DNA of 64,000 bases from Acidobacteriota bacterium. Lineage in GTDB: Bacteria; Acidobacteriota; Thermoanaerobaculia; Multivoradales; Multivoraceae. Shown piece after piece: positions 55,601 through 64,000 of this stretch. Under the pieces are notes generated by a model. It made no database searches and had not been told where the DNA came from. It saw only the letters and a program-made list of their open reading frames with translations. Position 1 is the first letter of the stretch, and each line of letters starts with the position of its first letter. The stretch is from positions 576,775-640,774 of the forward strand of contig JAPPFP010000006.1 of assembly GCA_028877275.1 (NCBI GenBank), given 5' to 3'. The translations under genes and the position numbers were made by a program.

Positions 55601-55801
55601 ACCTTCGTCGCCCTGGTGCCCATCCTGTGGTCGACCGGCACCGGCGCCGACGTGATGAAGCGGATCGCCGCGCCGATGGTCGGCGGGCTGGTGACGGTGT
55701 TCCTCGGGGTGACGTTCGTGTTTCCTGCGATGTACTTCGTGTGGAGGTCGTTTGGTCTGAGTCAGACCGGCTCGATCAGGGACGAGTCGTCGTTGCGGTA
55801 G
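52658..55801 (+). CDS. CusA/CzcA-family heavy-metal efflux RND transporter
   Basis: The protein is 1047 aa with 12 TM helices and HME-RND periplasmic domains. The start ATG follows the adaptor gene's stop by 4 nt. Confidence 0.9.
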   Translation: MLNRIIEWSLRNQLLVAGGLIVAVAAGVWSVRTTRIDAIPDLSDVQVILFTEFPGQAPQVVEDQVTYPITSTMLSVPYAKVVRGYSFFGFSFVYVIFEDGTDLYWARSRVLESVAGLEGRLPPGTSPQLGPDATGVGWAFMYVLNSDSRSLAELRSLQDWYLKYGLLTVEGVSEVASIGGFVRQYQVEVDPVRLRAYGLSLPVVRQAIEESNADVGGRLIEMAEREYMVRGRGYVQELRDLETIVLASAPGGVPVLLRDVANVTIGPEIRRGLADWNGEGETVGGIVVVRSGADTRATIERVKERLDELGGGMPEDVEISVAYDRSGLIERSIATLTDTLIVESIVVAVICLVFLFHFRSALVAILAIPVSVLLAFVVMRAQGLGSNIMSLGGIAISIGVLVDAAIVMVENVHRHVEEDAEAGGKQSRFDLVLRAAQEVGPTLFFSLLVITVSFLPVFTLEAQEGRLFKPLALTKTYSMAMASVVAVTVVPVLMFWLVRGRIVHEHRNPLPRLLRFVYRPLVAGAVRLRWLVIVLMLAVLGSSLVPLKRIGSEFMPPLWEGDLLYMPTTLPGVSITKAREIVQQTDRIIRSFPEVETVFGKVGRAETATDPAPLSMLETTIVLKDQDEWRPGLTPDDLIAELDRALQFPGVTNSWTMPIKTRIDMLSTGIKTPVGIKLGGPDLATLERLAEQVEAVVKPLPGTLTAYAERVMGGAYLDFDIDREAAARFGLRIADIQDTIQSAVGGMNVSWTVEGLERYPINLRYPRELRDDPEALEQILVTAPGGAQVPLGQVAAIEFRDGPPGIKSEGARPNAWVYVDLESSDIGGWIGRAREEVADKVALPPGYTLLWSGQYEYMERARDRFLLIVPLTLVLTFALLYLSTRSVIKTAFIVSAVPFSLVGSVWLLDQLNYNWSVAVWVGMIALAGLAAETGSVMLLYLDLVYGERRSAGTMNTLRDLREAVTEAAVRRVRPITMTVLTTFVALVPILWSTGTGADVMKRIAAPMVGGLVTVFLGVTFVFPAMYFVWRSFGLSQTGSIRDESSLR

Positions 55802-56391
55802 TTCCCGACCCGCGTCGAGACGGGAAAGAACTCGAGTTCGCCGGTGTAGGTCTCGAGTTGCTCTCCCAGGGTGTCGGGGTCCTGTAGCGGACCGTCGAGC
55901 CACTGCTCGTACGGCGGTTGGGCGATGACCGGCATCCGGTCGTGGATCGGTGCGATCGGGGTGCTGGCGGTGCAGGTCATGATCGTGCAGGCCAGGCCGT
56001 CGGGAGTGTGGTTCCAGACGCCGGCGAAGCCGAAGGGGCCACCGCCGGGGAGCTGGAGGTAGTGGGGAAGCCGCGAGCCGTCGGGCTGCACCTGCCATTC
56101 GTACCAGCCGTCGGCGACGACGAGGCAGCGCCTGCGGCTCAGGAGAGTCCGGAACCTTGGCGCCTCGACCGCGGTGTCGTTGCGGAGGTTGATCTGGGGC
56201 CCGCCGCGCTTTCTCGGGAACCCCCATCGCATCGTGCCGAGCGCGCGGCGGCCTTCCTGGTCCAGGCCGATGACGGCCACGTCCTGGGTCGGCGCGATGT
56301 TGTATCTGGGTTCCAGGTCCGGCAGCTCGTCCAGCTCGAAGTGGGCGGCTACGGACCGAGCCTTCGAGCGGAGCGTGTAGCGGCCGCACAT
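55762..56391 (-). CDS. SOS-response-associated peptidase (SRAP/YedK/HMCES family)
   Basis: The N-terminus is MCGRY (catalytic Cys2). The track ORF was trimmed to this ATG. Confidence 0.8.
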   Translation of the reverse strand: MCGRYTLRSKARSVAAHFELDELPDLEPRYNIAPTQDVAVIGLDQEGRRALGTMRWGFPRKRGGPQINLRNDTAVEAPRFRTLLSRRRCLVVADGWYEWQVQPDGSRLPHYLQLPGGGPFGFAGVWNHTPDGLACTIMTCTASTPIAPIHDRMPVIAQPPYEQWLDGPLQDPDTLGEQLETYTGELEFFPVSTRVGNYRNDDSSLIEPV

Positions 56392-56489
56392 GGCTGGATG
56401 ATACGGATCAAAGCTCGGTAGGGTGCGTATAGCAGGTTGGCCGGGCCGGCGAGTTCCAGTCCGCGACACCAAGAAAGGGAGATTCCCGC

Positions 56490-57884
56490 ATGACCAGACA
56501 ACTCAACACCTTCTTCTTCGGACTCCTGACGGTGTCCGCGGTCTGCTTCGCGGTCCAGGATGTCGGTGCGGTCCCGGACGACGAGACCATTCGCCAGATC
56601 CTGGTGAACCGGATCGACGAGCAGAAGCGGAGCGTGGGCATTGTGGTCGGCGTTGTCGAACCAGGAGGCCGGCGGGTGGTCGCCCACGGCCAGCTTGCGA
56701 CAGACAGCCCGACCGAAGTGGATGGCGACACCGTCTACGAGATCGGCTCGATCACCAAGGTCTTCACCGCGATCCTGCTGGCCGACCTTGCGGATGAGGG
56801 CGCCCTCGAGTTCGAGACACCGGTTCATCGGTTGCTGGGGCCGGACGTCACCGTGCCGACGCGGAACGGCGCGGAGATCACGTTGCTTCACCTGACGACG
56901 CACAGTTCGGGACTGCCGCGCATGCCGAACAACTTCCGGCCGGCCGATGCGGGGAACCCGTATGCCGACTACACGGTCGCTCAGCTCTACGAGTTCCTCG
57001 CGTCTCACGAGCTGGGGCGCGACATCGGCGAGACGGTCGAGTACTCGAATCTCGGCACCGGTCTCCTCGGACACGCGCTGGCGCTGAGCCAGGAGACGGA
57101 TTACGAGAGCCTGGTGTCCGAGCGGCTTCTCGAGCCTCTCGGGATGTCGGACACTTCGATCACCATGTCACCGTCGCAACGGGAACGGCTGGCCATTGGC
57201 CACAGCGTGCAGCTCAGGCCGGTCGCGAACTGGGATCTTCCGACTCTCGCGGGCGCGGGCGCGCTGCGCTCTACGGTGAACGACATGTTGACCTTCGTCG
57301 AGACGAATCTCGGTCGGGGCGAGTCGCCGTTGCAGGAAGAGATGACGGAGACCCATCAGGCGCGCCGTGACTTTCCGGCGCCCGGCATGCGCATCGGACT
57401 CGGGTGGGTCATCCGCGGCGGCCACGGGCGTAACCTCCACTGGCACAACGGCGGCACCGGCGGCTACCGCTCTTTCCTCGGTTTCGACCTCGACGCAGGG
57501 ACCGGGGTCGTGGTGCTGTCGAACTCCGGCGACAGCGTCGACGATCTGGGCTTTCACCTGCTCGATTCGCGTTACCGGCTCGTCGTGCCTCCGGCGCTGC
57601 GGACCGCGGTCGAAGTCGATCCGGCGGTCTACGACGACTACGCCGGCCGCTATCAGCTCGCCGAGAACGTCGTCTTCACGGTTACCCGGGACGGTGACCG
57701 GCTCTTCGTCCAGCTCACCGGGCAGCCGAGCTTCGAGGTGTTTCCCGAATCCGGGACGAAGTACTTCTATCGGGTCGTGGACGCGCAGATCACGTTCGGG
57801 CGAGGCGACGACGGTGCCGTCGACCATCTGGTGCTGCACCAGAACGACATGGACCAGCGGGCCGACCGGCTGCCAGACGGCTAG
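56490..57884 (+). CDS. Serine hydrolase, beta-lactamase/PBP4-like family with C-terminal extra domain
   Basis: The SxxK motif is SITK. There is a signal peptide. Confidence 0.8.
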   Translation: MTRQLNTFFFGLLTVSAVCFAVQDVGAVPDDETIRQILVNRIDEQKRSVGIVVGVVEPGGRRVVAHGQLATDSPTEVDGDTVYEIGSITKVFTAILLADLADEGALEFETPVHRLLGPDVTVPTRNGAEITLLHLTTHSSGLPRMPNNFRPADAGNPYADYTVAQLYEFLASHELGRDIGETVEYSNLGTGLLGHALALSQETDYESLVSERLLEPLGMSDTSITMSPSQRERLAIGHSVQLRPVANWDLPTLAGAGALRSTVNDMLTFVETNLGRGESPLQEEMTETHQARRDFPAPGMRIGLGWVIRGGHGRNLHWHNGGTGGYRSFLGFDLDAGTGVVVLSNSGDSVDDLGFHLLDSRYRLVVPPALRTAVEVDPAVYDDYAGRYQLAENVVFTVTRDGDRLFVQLTGQPSFEVFPESGTKYFYRVVDAQITFGRGDDGAVDHLVLHQNDMDQRADRLPDG

Positions 57885-58813
57885 TAGGCGAGAACAGCCT
57901 CCTCGATCAGCTCCCTGACCGCGTCGACGTCGGTGTCCCAGACGATGTCGCTGGCTGGGACACCTGGCGGGCCGATCGTCTCGATCAGCTCTGCGGGCCG
58001 AAGGTCGGCCACGGTCATGCCGCGCGTGACCTCGCCGCGCACCTCGACGGTGACGGGATGACGCGATTGCTCGAACAAGTGGGGATGCGTCACCGCGATG
58101 ACGGCGGTCGCGTCGTGTAGCGGAACGACGGACTGCCCGACGTACTGGCGGAAGCGGTCGCGCAGGAAGTCGGTGACGTCGGCTGCCAGGGTGCCAGCAG
58201 GCGTGCCGGCGGCGCGCATCCGAGCGGTCTCTTCGGCGCCGAAAGCCACCTTGTTCGTCACGTCGAGACCGACCATCGCGACCGGGGCGGCCTTGTCGAA
58301 GACGATCGCCGCCGCCTCCGGGTCGGCCCAGATGTTGAACTCGGCGACGGACGTGATGTTGCCGGCGCTCGCGCTGCCGCCCATGATCGTCAGGCCGGCG
58401 AGATGGCGGCGGAGATCGGGATCCCGCTTGAGCGCCAGCGCGACGTTGGTCAGCGGACCGATGGCCAGGAGGTGCAGGTCGTCGACGGAGCGGGCCGTGT
58501 CGCAGAGGTAGGCGACCGCGTCGTCCGAAGCCTCGGACCGGTCCAGGCCGGGTAGAACCGCGTTGCCCAGACCGGTCTCGCCGTGAATCCGGCTGCCGTC
58601 CACGGGCTCCCCGACGAGCGGTTTCCCGGCGCCCCGGTGGACAGGCACCTCGAGACCGGCGAGTTGCGCGACGACGAGCGCGTTACGCGTGGTGCGGTTG
58701 ATCCCGACGTTGCCGGCGACGGTCGTGATGCCGACGAGGTCGGCGTGGTGTGCCGCAACGAGGATCGCGACTGCGTCGTCGAGTCCGGGATCGCAGTCCA
58801 GGAGGAGCTTCAA
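57881..58813 (-). CDS. Nucleoside hydrolase (inosine-uridine preferring family)
   Basis: The N-terminal DxDxxxDD motif is DCDPGLDDA. The start codon is TTG. Confidence 0.85.
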   Translation of the reverse strand: MKLLLDCDPGLDDAVAILVAAHHADLVGITTVAGNVGINRTTRNALVVAQLAGLEVPVHRGAGKPLVGEPVDGSRIHGETGLGNAVLPGLDRSEASDDAVAYLCDTARSVDDLHLLAIGPLTNVALALKRDPDLRRHLAGLTIMGGSASAGNITSVAEFNIWADPEAAAIVFDKAAPVAMVGLDVTNKVAFGAEETARMRAAGTPAGTLAADVTDFLRDRFRQYVGQSVVPLHDATAVIAVTHPHLFEQSRHPVTVEVRGEVTRGMTVADLRPAELIETIGPPGVPASDIVWDTDVDAVRELIEEAVLAY

Positions 58814-58816
58814 GAG

Positions 58817-60940
58817 CTAACGCTCGCCCTTCAACTCCAGCGCCTTCGAAATGACGAATTGGTGGATCGCGGTCGTCGCCTCCTCGTCGAAGAGTTCGGC
58901 GTAGCCGGGCATGCCGAGCGGCAGCAGTCCGTCCTGGACGATGGCCATGAAGTCGTCGTGGATCGCGGGGGACATGAAGCGCAGGTCGGGCGAGGCGGCG
59001 GCGACGATCGAGGTCTGACCAAGGCCGCGGTGGCAGAGGGCGCAGTGCTCGTGGTAGAGCGTGTTGCCGCGGTCGAGCGTCTCAGAGTCCGCGACGAGCG
59101 GCGGCTGCTCGGGGATGGAGAAGTCGCGTTCCGGCGGCTCGGCGAGAGTGGCTTCGCCGTTCAGCGAGAAGACGAGCAGTTCGCCGGGCCGGTCGTAGCC
59201 CCTGCCGCCACCGACCATCGTGGCGACGTACTGCGTGCCGCCCTCCATGTAGCTGATGATCGACGAGGAGAACTGGCCGTAGGCGTCGAACTCCCAGATC
59301 TTCTCGCCCGTGTCCTTGTCGTAGGCGTTGAAGTCGCCTCCGCCGCCGCAGTGGAAGAGCACGCCGGTAGTCGTCGCCAGAACGCCGCCGTTGAAGGCCG
59401 AGGGCAGCCGGTTCTCCCAGACCTTCTCGCCGGAAAGCGGGTCGAAGGCGACGAGGAAGCCCCTGTCCTCGGGCCGCGGGCCGGCGTCCCGCTCGAGTTC
59501 TGTGCGGTAGGCGCCGCTGGCGACGCCGAGGCTCAGGCCCCACGGTCGGATCGTGTAGGTCCCCTTCTCGACGAACTCCTCGGGCAGGGCGTAGAAGTTC
59601 GCGTAGTCGTGGTAGTAGAAGTACATGACGCCCCGCTCCTCGTCCCAGGACATGGGCTCCCAGTTGTGGGCGCCGGCGTTCGCGGGCGTGATCCACTGGG
59701 GCTTCTCCTCGAACACGACCTGCGGGTTCTCGATCGGCCGCCCGGTCTCCATGTCGACGTGGGTTGCCCAGTCGATCCTGTCGGTGTAGGGGTGCGCGCG
59801 CAGCAGTTCGCCGGTTTCGCGGTCGATCACGTAGAAAAAGCCGTTCTTGGGCGCCTGGAGCAGCACCTTTCGTTCGACGCCGTCGACGGTCATCTCACCG
59901 AGTGCGATATCCATCGCCGAGCTGTAGTCCCAGTTGTCGCCGGGAACCGTCTGGTAGTACCACTTCATCTCGGCGGTGTCCGCGTCGACGGCCACGATCG
60001 CGGTCAGGAACAGGTCGTCGCCGCCTCCGGGTGACCGGACCTGGCGCGACCAGGGCGCGCCATTGCCGACGCCGATGTAGAGCAGGTTCAGCTCCTCGTC
60101 GTAGACGAGGGAGTTCCAGGCGGTGCCGCCGCCACCCATCTTCCACCACTCGCCGCCCCAGGTCTTCGCCGCCATCTCCATCTCGGGGTGTTCGAACGGC
60201 TTGGACGGGTCACCCGGCACCAGGTAGAAGCGCCAGGCCAGTTCGCCGGTCTCGGCGTCGTAGGCGGAGACGTAGCCGCGCCGCTTGCCGCTCTCCGAGC
60301 TGCCCTGGCCGATGAACACCTTGCCCGCCGCGGCGCGGGGAGCGCCCGTGATGTTGAAGCGGCCGAGCGCCGAGGGATGCCAGGTATCGACGTCCCAGAC
60401 CTCTTCGCCGGTTGCCGCGTCGACCGCTACGAGCCGCCCGTCGAACAGGGCGACGTAGACCTTGCCCCTGTAGACCGCGACGCCGCGGTTCGCCACGCCG
60501 CCGCAGCAGGAGTACTTCACGTAGGTGCGGTCCGTCTGCGGGTCGTGGGTCCAGATCTCCTCGCCGGTGGCGGGGTCGAGCGCGTAGATCACGCCCCATC
60601 CGTTCGTCGCGTACATCACCCCGTCGACGACCAGCGGTGTGCCCTGCATCCGCTCGGATGGACCGCCGATCGGCTTGGACCAGGCGAGCTTCAGGTCCCC
60701 GACGTTCTCGCGGGTGATCTGGTCGAGCGTCGAGAAGCGCTGCTCCTTGTAGGTCTGGCCGTAGGTCAGCCAGCTCCCGGGCTCGTCCTCGGCGGCGCGC
60801 ATGATCCGCTCATCGTCGACGTTGCCGGCGGTGAGGGCCACGTCGGCGTCCCCGCCGCTGTCGCCACAGGCGGCCGCCAGCAGGACAAGGGGAAGGAGGG
60901 CGCACGCTGCCCACCGTGACGTTGCGGTCGTTTCGCTCAT
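58817..60940 (-). CDS. Quinohemoprotein alcohol dehydrogenase (PQQ propeller + C-terminal cytochrome c), lipoprotein
   Basis: The vicinal Cys pair is in KYSCCGG. The calcium-type motif is NWDYSS. The C-terminal heme site is CALCHRG. The track ORF was trimmed to the ATG at 60940 (GGAGG upstream, LAAACG lipobox). Confidence 0.85.
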   Translation of the reverse strand: MSETTATSRWAACALLPLVLLAAACGDSGGDADVALTAGNVDDERIMRAAEDEPGSWLTYGQTYKEQRFSTLDQITRENVGDLKLAWSKPIGGPSERMQGTPLVVDGVMYATNGWGVIYALDPATGEEIWTHDPQTDRTYVKYSCCGGVANRGVAVYRGKVYVALFDGRLVAVDAATGEEVWDVDTWHPSALGRFNITGAPRAAAGKVFIGQGSSESGKRRGYVSAYDAETGELAWRFYLVPGDPSKPFEHPEMEMAAKTWGGEWWKMGGGGTAWNSLVYDEELNLLYIGVGNGAPWSRQVRSPGGGDDLFLTAIVAVDADTAEMKWYYQTVPGDNWDYSSAMDIALGEMTVDGVERKVLLQAPKNGFFYVIDRETGELLRAHPYTDRIDWATHVDMETGRPIENPQVVFEEKPQWITPANAGAHNWEPMSWDEERGVMYFYYHDYANFYALPEEFVEKGTYTIRPWGLSLGVASGAYRTELERDAGPRPEDRGFLVAFDPLSGEKVWENRLPSAFNGGVLATTTGVLFHCGGGGDFNAYDKDTGEKIWEFDAYGQFSSSIISYMEGGTQYVATMVGGGRGYDRPGELLVFSLNGEATLAEPPERDFSIPEQPPLVADSETLDRGNTLYHEHCALCHRGLGQTSIVAAASPDLRFMSPAIHDDFMAIVQDGLLPLGMPGYAELFDEEATTAIHQFVISKALELKGER

Positions 60941-61031
60941 CTTGAAGTTCCTCGGAGGTTCGCCGGGCAACCTAAGCGTCTGAGGTCGGTGTGTCAACGA
61001 TGGCGAGCCTGGGGTACGGTCTCGGTGAGGT

Positions 61032-61493
61032 TTGCGGATGGCGTCCCGCGGTGACGATGTGGCTCCGACGATCACGCTCCGGTCCCGGGTGGAACGACAC
61101 CAACCTGACCTGCCTCGGTACGTGGTCGTACCCGAGTCGGCCGTGGCGCCGTGGAAGCTCGGGGGCACCACGGTCGTCGAAGGAACTGCCGGCGGCTTCG
61201 ATTTCGGCCGCCGCAGCCTGAAGCGGTGGGACGCGGACCGGTGGTTCCTGGACCTGCCCGGCAAGTGGTGCCGGGACGCCGGGGTCTCGACGGGAGACGA
61301 GGTCGAGCTGACTTTGCGTGTGGCGTCCAGTGCGCTGCCGGCGGAGCTTGCGCGCCTGATCGGCGAGTCTGCCAGCGCGCAGGCGGCCTGGCAGCGGCTC
61401 ACGGCGAGTCAGCAACGGATGCTCCGCGAGCATGTGCTGGCCGCAAAGCGATTGGAAACGCGTGAGCGCCGGGCGAGGCGTGGGCTGGGCTGA
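61032..61493 (+). CDS. DUF1905 + YdeI/OmpD-associated (OmdA) domain protein
   Basis: The domain arrangement is my estimate from the sequence pattern. The start is TTG with an alternative ATG at 61038. Confidence 0.55.
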   Translation: MRMASRGDDVAPTITLRSRVERHQPDLPRYVVVPESAVAPWKLGGTTVVEGTAGGFDFGRRSLKRWDADRWFLDLPGKWCRDAGVSTGDEVELTLRVASSALPAELARLIGESASAQAAWQRLTASQQRMLREHVLAAKRLETRERRARRGLG

Positions 61494-61528
61494 GCGCTTC
61501 CGATCAACTGCCGGGGCCAATGGCGCCG

Positions 61529-63553
61529 CTACTCGCCGCTCGCCCGGTACCAGATCGGCGACGTCCAGGCCCGTTCCTGGATCTGCCAGGGCAGGTCGGG
61601 ATCGGCGCAGGCGGCGGGCCGCTCGGTTTCGGGAAGGGCCGCGCACTGGAGCGCGTTCCAGCGACAGCTCGGGTTCTCGAGTACCCGGGCGTAGTAGACG
61701 GCCGAGCGAGACGGATCGAACTCTGCATCGGTCCAGGTCGCGCACAGGGAGGCGGCGCCGTCTCCGCTTCGTTCGCAGGTCGATCTGGACACGTCGGCTC
61801 CGCTGTCCGGGTCGCCGGCGACGTCGAAGACGCGCTCGTGAAACAGGCCGTCGTCGCCGACCCAGCCCTTGATGATCTGGATCCGCTGCAGGGGCGTTCC
61901 CGGGTGTTCGGCGGTCCCGAAGTCGGCGATCGCCGAGACGAACAGGGTCGGCGCCCCTGATCCGTCGCTGTCAGGGAGCACGTTGCCCATCGGCACCGCC
62001 GTTTCGTAGGCCTCGGCGATCATGTCCTGGCTTGAGCAGAGGTCGGGAAGGTCCCAGCCGCCGAACAGCCGCGCCTTGATCCGCACGCCGCTGGTGCCGA
62101 AGGTTTCCTTGCGCAGCATCGCGTCGAACAGGGAGTCTCTGGAATTCTCTTCGGCCCAGACGCCGATCAGGCCGCCGGGGTTGCGGAGTCGGTGGGGCGC
62201 GTAGGCGGGCGTCGTGAGCCGCTTCTCGAGGTCGGAGTCGACGTTCGCGTTCTGGCCCTGGTAGTCGTACTCGTCCGTGTCGCCCGGGAGGCCGTTGTGG
62301 CCGTCGGTCGAGGCGGTGATCCCGAACTGCATCGGGTTGACGCCAAGGCGCTCTTCCTGGGCCATCCCCTCGATCAGCGCGTAGCGGACGAAGTCGAGGC
62401 GCGACTGACAGCCCTGGCCGCGCAGTCCGCCGACACCCGTGCCGTCCTCGCAGTCGGGCGGCCGCTCCCCGTCGATATAGCGGACCTTCTCGAAGTCGCA
62501 GAACTCGTCCTCGCCGCCAACGACACCCCACATGCCGCGCCGGCACTCGGAGTCGCCCTTCGCCTGCATGATCTCGACCAGGGCGTCCATTTCGGCCTGG
62601 AGGGTCGCTCGCGCCCGTTGCTCGTCGATGGGAGCGTCGCCCCAGTCGAGGGTGAACATCTGCCCGTTCGAGATGTTCGAATTGTGTGGGATGGTCAGCG
62701 CCTGGCAGCCGGTGCCGGTGTCGTTGCAGCGGCTCTTGAGCCGGGTCCAGAGGTCCAGCGGCCGGTCGGCGTCCATCCAGGAGATCGGCAGCTCCGGCGC
62801 GATCTCGTTGCGCAGGATGACGTTGCGGTGGACCTTGGAGGCGCCCGGACTGCGGGTGTACTCCCAGCCGTGGAACGTCGTGAAGGAGCAGTCGCTCGAC
62901 CGATCGTAGTGCTGTTCGGCTGCGTCCTGGGTCAGGCCCCAGGCCGTGAGCAGGCCTGCGCGGCACCGCCTCGTGTCCTCGCCGCACAGGTCAGGTACGC
63001 GGCCTGTGATCCGGTGGTCGAACCAGGCGGCGCGCTCCTCGGCGGTGCTTCCCGGCCGCATGCCGCGGCAGGCCGGCTCGTCGTAGAGGGGTGAGGACGA
63101 GTCGGTGCAGAGGGAGACTTCGCCCAGCCACTCTGAGTGGTCGGCAACGGCCGCGAAGTCGAGGGGCCGAACGAGCTGGGCGACGCGGGTCGGTTGTCCC
63201 GCGTCGTCGAGCGGACCGAGTCCGAGCGCCTCGCCGCGGGCGAAGCGGTAGGCGTCGTCAGGGGTCTGGAAGCCTCCTCGGCCGAGGGCGTCCAGGGAGA
63301 ACGCGGTGTGGGTGTGCAGGTCGCCGAAGAACGCCTGACGCAGCGGGTCGTGGTCCGCGCACGGATCTCGCGGCGCGAGATCGCCCGGCGTAGCCGGCGC
63401 GCTCGGTGGGCTCCACTCCTGGGTGACGTATTGGGGAACTCGAGTCGGAGGCGCCGCGTCGCCGTTCGGTTCTTCCGTCTGGCCGCACGCCAACACGGTG
63501 AAGGTTGCGAGGCAGATCGCGAAGCGCTGACTCACTCCTCGGCGCCGATCCAC
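61529..63553 (-). CDS. DUF3604 family protein (predicted PHP-like metal-dependent phosphoesterase), lipoprotein
   Basis: FGDLHTHTAFSLDA near the N-terminus is characteristic of DUF3604. The lipobox is LACG. Confidence 0.7.
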   Translation of the reverse strand: MDRRRGVSQRFAICLATFTVLACGQTEEPNGDAAPPTRVPQYVTQEWSPPSAPATPGDLAPRDPCADHDPLRQAFFGDLHTHTAFSLDALGRGGFQTPDDAYRFARGEALGLGPLDDAGQPTRVAQLVRPLDFAAVADHSEWLGEVSLCTDSSSPLYDEPACRGMRPGSTAEERAAWFDHRITGRVPDLCGEDTRRCRAGLLTAWGLTQDAAEQHYDRSSDCSFTTFHGWEYTRSPGASKVHRNVILRNEIAPELPISWMDADRPLDLWTRLKSRCNDTGTGCQALTIPHNSNISNGQMFTLDWGDAPIDEQRARATLQAEMDALVEIMQAKGDSECRRGMWGVVGGEDEFCDFEKVRYIDGERPPDCEDGTGVGGLRGQGCQSRLDFVRYALIEGMAQEERLGVNPMQFGITASTDGHNGLPGDTDEYDYQGQNANVDSDLEKRLTTPAYAPHRLRNPGGLIGVWAEENSRDSLFDAMLRKETFGTSGVRIKARLFGGWDLPDLCSSQDMIAEAYETAVPMGNVLPDSDGSGAPTLFVSAIADFGTAEHPGTPLQRIQIIKGWVGDDGLFHERVFDVAGDPDSGADVSRSTCERSGDGAASLCATWTDAEFDPSRSAVYYARVLENPSCRWNALQCAALPETERPAACADPDLPWQIQERAWTSPIWYRASGE

Positions 63554-64000
63554 TCGTCGGTTGGGCCCACCAACGCGAAGTGGCCGGGCGCGCTGCGGCC
63601 GCCGTCCTCGGTCGCGGTCGTGCCGACACCGAGGTAGACGCCCTCGTCCAGCTTGCGGATCTCGTCGACGAGCGTCGTGTCGTTGAACGCTCCGTAGTCC
63701 ATGATGTAGGACGGCTGGCCGTCGATGAGCGACGGGCCCATGCGGGTCGCGAACCGCCCGTTGCGGACGATCGTGCGGTCGGCGAAGCGCCAGCGGTTGT
63801 AGCCCTCGCCCTCCGTCTCGGTCAGCGGGCGGTAGGCCTTGCCTAGCCAGTAGCCGCGGACCGAGCCCTCGTCGTACATGAAGCCGGAGGTGCGCGCCTG
63901 GCGCTCGGCGTCGCCGGCGTTCGGGACGATTCCCTGGTAGTGGCCGTCGAGCTCAGCCATGTCGGCGGCGGGGAGGGCCTTCCATAGAGCAACCGTGCTC
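63532..64000 (-). CDS. Hypothetical protein, C-terminal part (ORF open to window end)
   Basis: No stop occurs in frame upstream of the first Met up to position 64000. The gene overlaps the DUF3604 start by 22 nt. It has no recognisable motif. Confidence 0.4.
   Translation of the reverse strand, partial: STVALWKALPAADMAELDGHYQGIVPNAGDAERQARTSGFMYDEGSVRGYWLGKAYRPLTETEGEGYNRWRFADRTIVRNGRFATRMGPSLIDGQPSYIMDYGAFNDTTLVDEIRKLDEGVYLGVGTTATEDGGRSAPGHFALVGPTDEWIGAEE

Noticed and set aside
1-64000. CRISPR arrays, rRNA, tRNA, prophage, restriction-modification or known defence systems
   Set aside because: I noticed no short regularly spaced direct repeats, no Cas-like, nuclease, helicase or methyltransferase genes, and no phage structural genes. 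SRAP and the ARH remnant are the only repair or ADP-ribosylation-related items.

Overview
This is a high-GC (about 70% by eye), densely coding bacterial chromosomal segment of roughly 50 genes. I found no rRNA, tRNA, CRISPR array, integrase or transposase. The gene content includes an ADOP-type duplicated FtsX permease, a PVC-type heme-binding dehydrogenase fusion, at least five formylglycine-type sulfatase domains, three PQQ quinoproteins and a sigma-54 two-component system. That mix points to an Acidobacteria-, Gemmatimonadetes- or Planctomycetes-like heterotroph, but this is an inference. Layout: (i) 1-15712 is one uninterrupted minus-strand array of 12 genes. It runs from a giant PmoA-like/PVC heme-binding dehydrogenase through a Gfo/Idh/MocA oxidoreductase, MFS and SLC13-TrkA_C transporters, and two paralogous secreted proteins of a family I cannot name. 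It ends with a small secreted protein whose mature N-terminus is His-His and which is translationally coupled to a DYD-motif PQQ dehydrogenase, then a sulfatase and a second PQQ dehydrogenase that is partial at the window edge. (ii) 15839-23356 holds a sigma-54 promoter with upstream palindromes driving an HlyD/ABC/ADOP efflux module that carries its own NtrC-type regulator and sensor kinase. (iii) 23371-28999 holds an aspartyl protease, a PH-domain protein, an MDR oxidoreductase, an M19 dipeptidase and a third paralog of the unknown family. (iv) 29000-29870 is an unusual 0.9-kb non-coding island. It contains a 24-bp inverted-repeat element, hairpins, a palindromic box that is duplicated at 42747, and an ADP-ribosylglycohydrolase-like gene remnant. 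(v) 29875-38309 holds PepSY, JmjC, lipase, aminopeptidase P, fumA and galM genes. (vi) 38438-42724 is a second MacAB/Lol-like efflux system. (vii) 42820-48051 holds recently duplicated sulfatases, one of them a two-domain fusion, plus a lipocalin-like lipoprotein. (viii) 49326-55801 is a Cus/Czc-like heavy-metal RND operon. (ix) 55762-64000 holds SRAP, a beta-lactamase-like hydrolase, a nucleoside hydrolase, a quinohemoprotein alcohol dehydrogenase, a DUF1905 protein, a DUF3604 protein and a partial unknown gene. I rejected most antisense ORFs in the six-frame track as GC-rich shadow ORFs. Several track ORFs were trimmed to internal starts that give signal peptides and ribosome-binding sites. 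Coordinates of non-coding motifs were read by eye and may be off by 1-2 nt.
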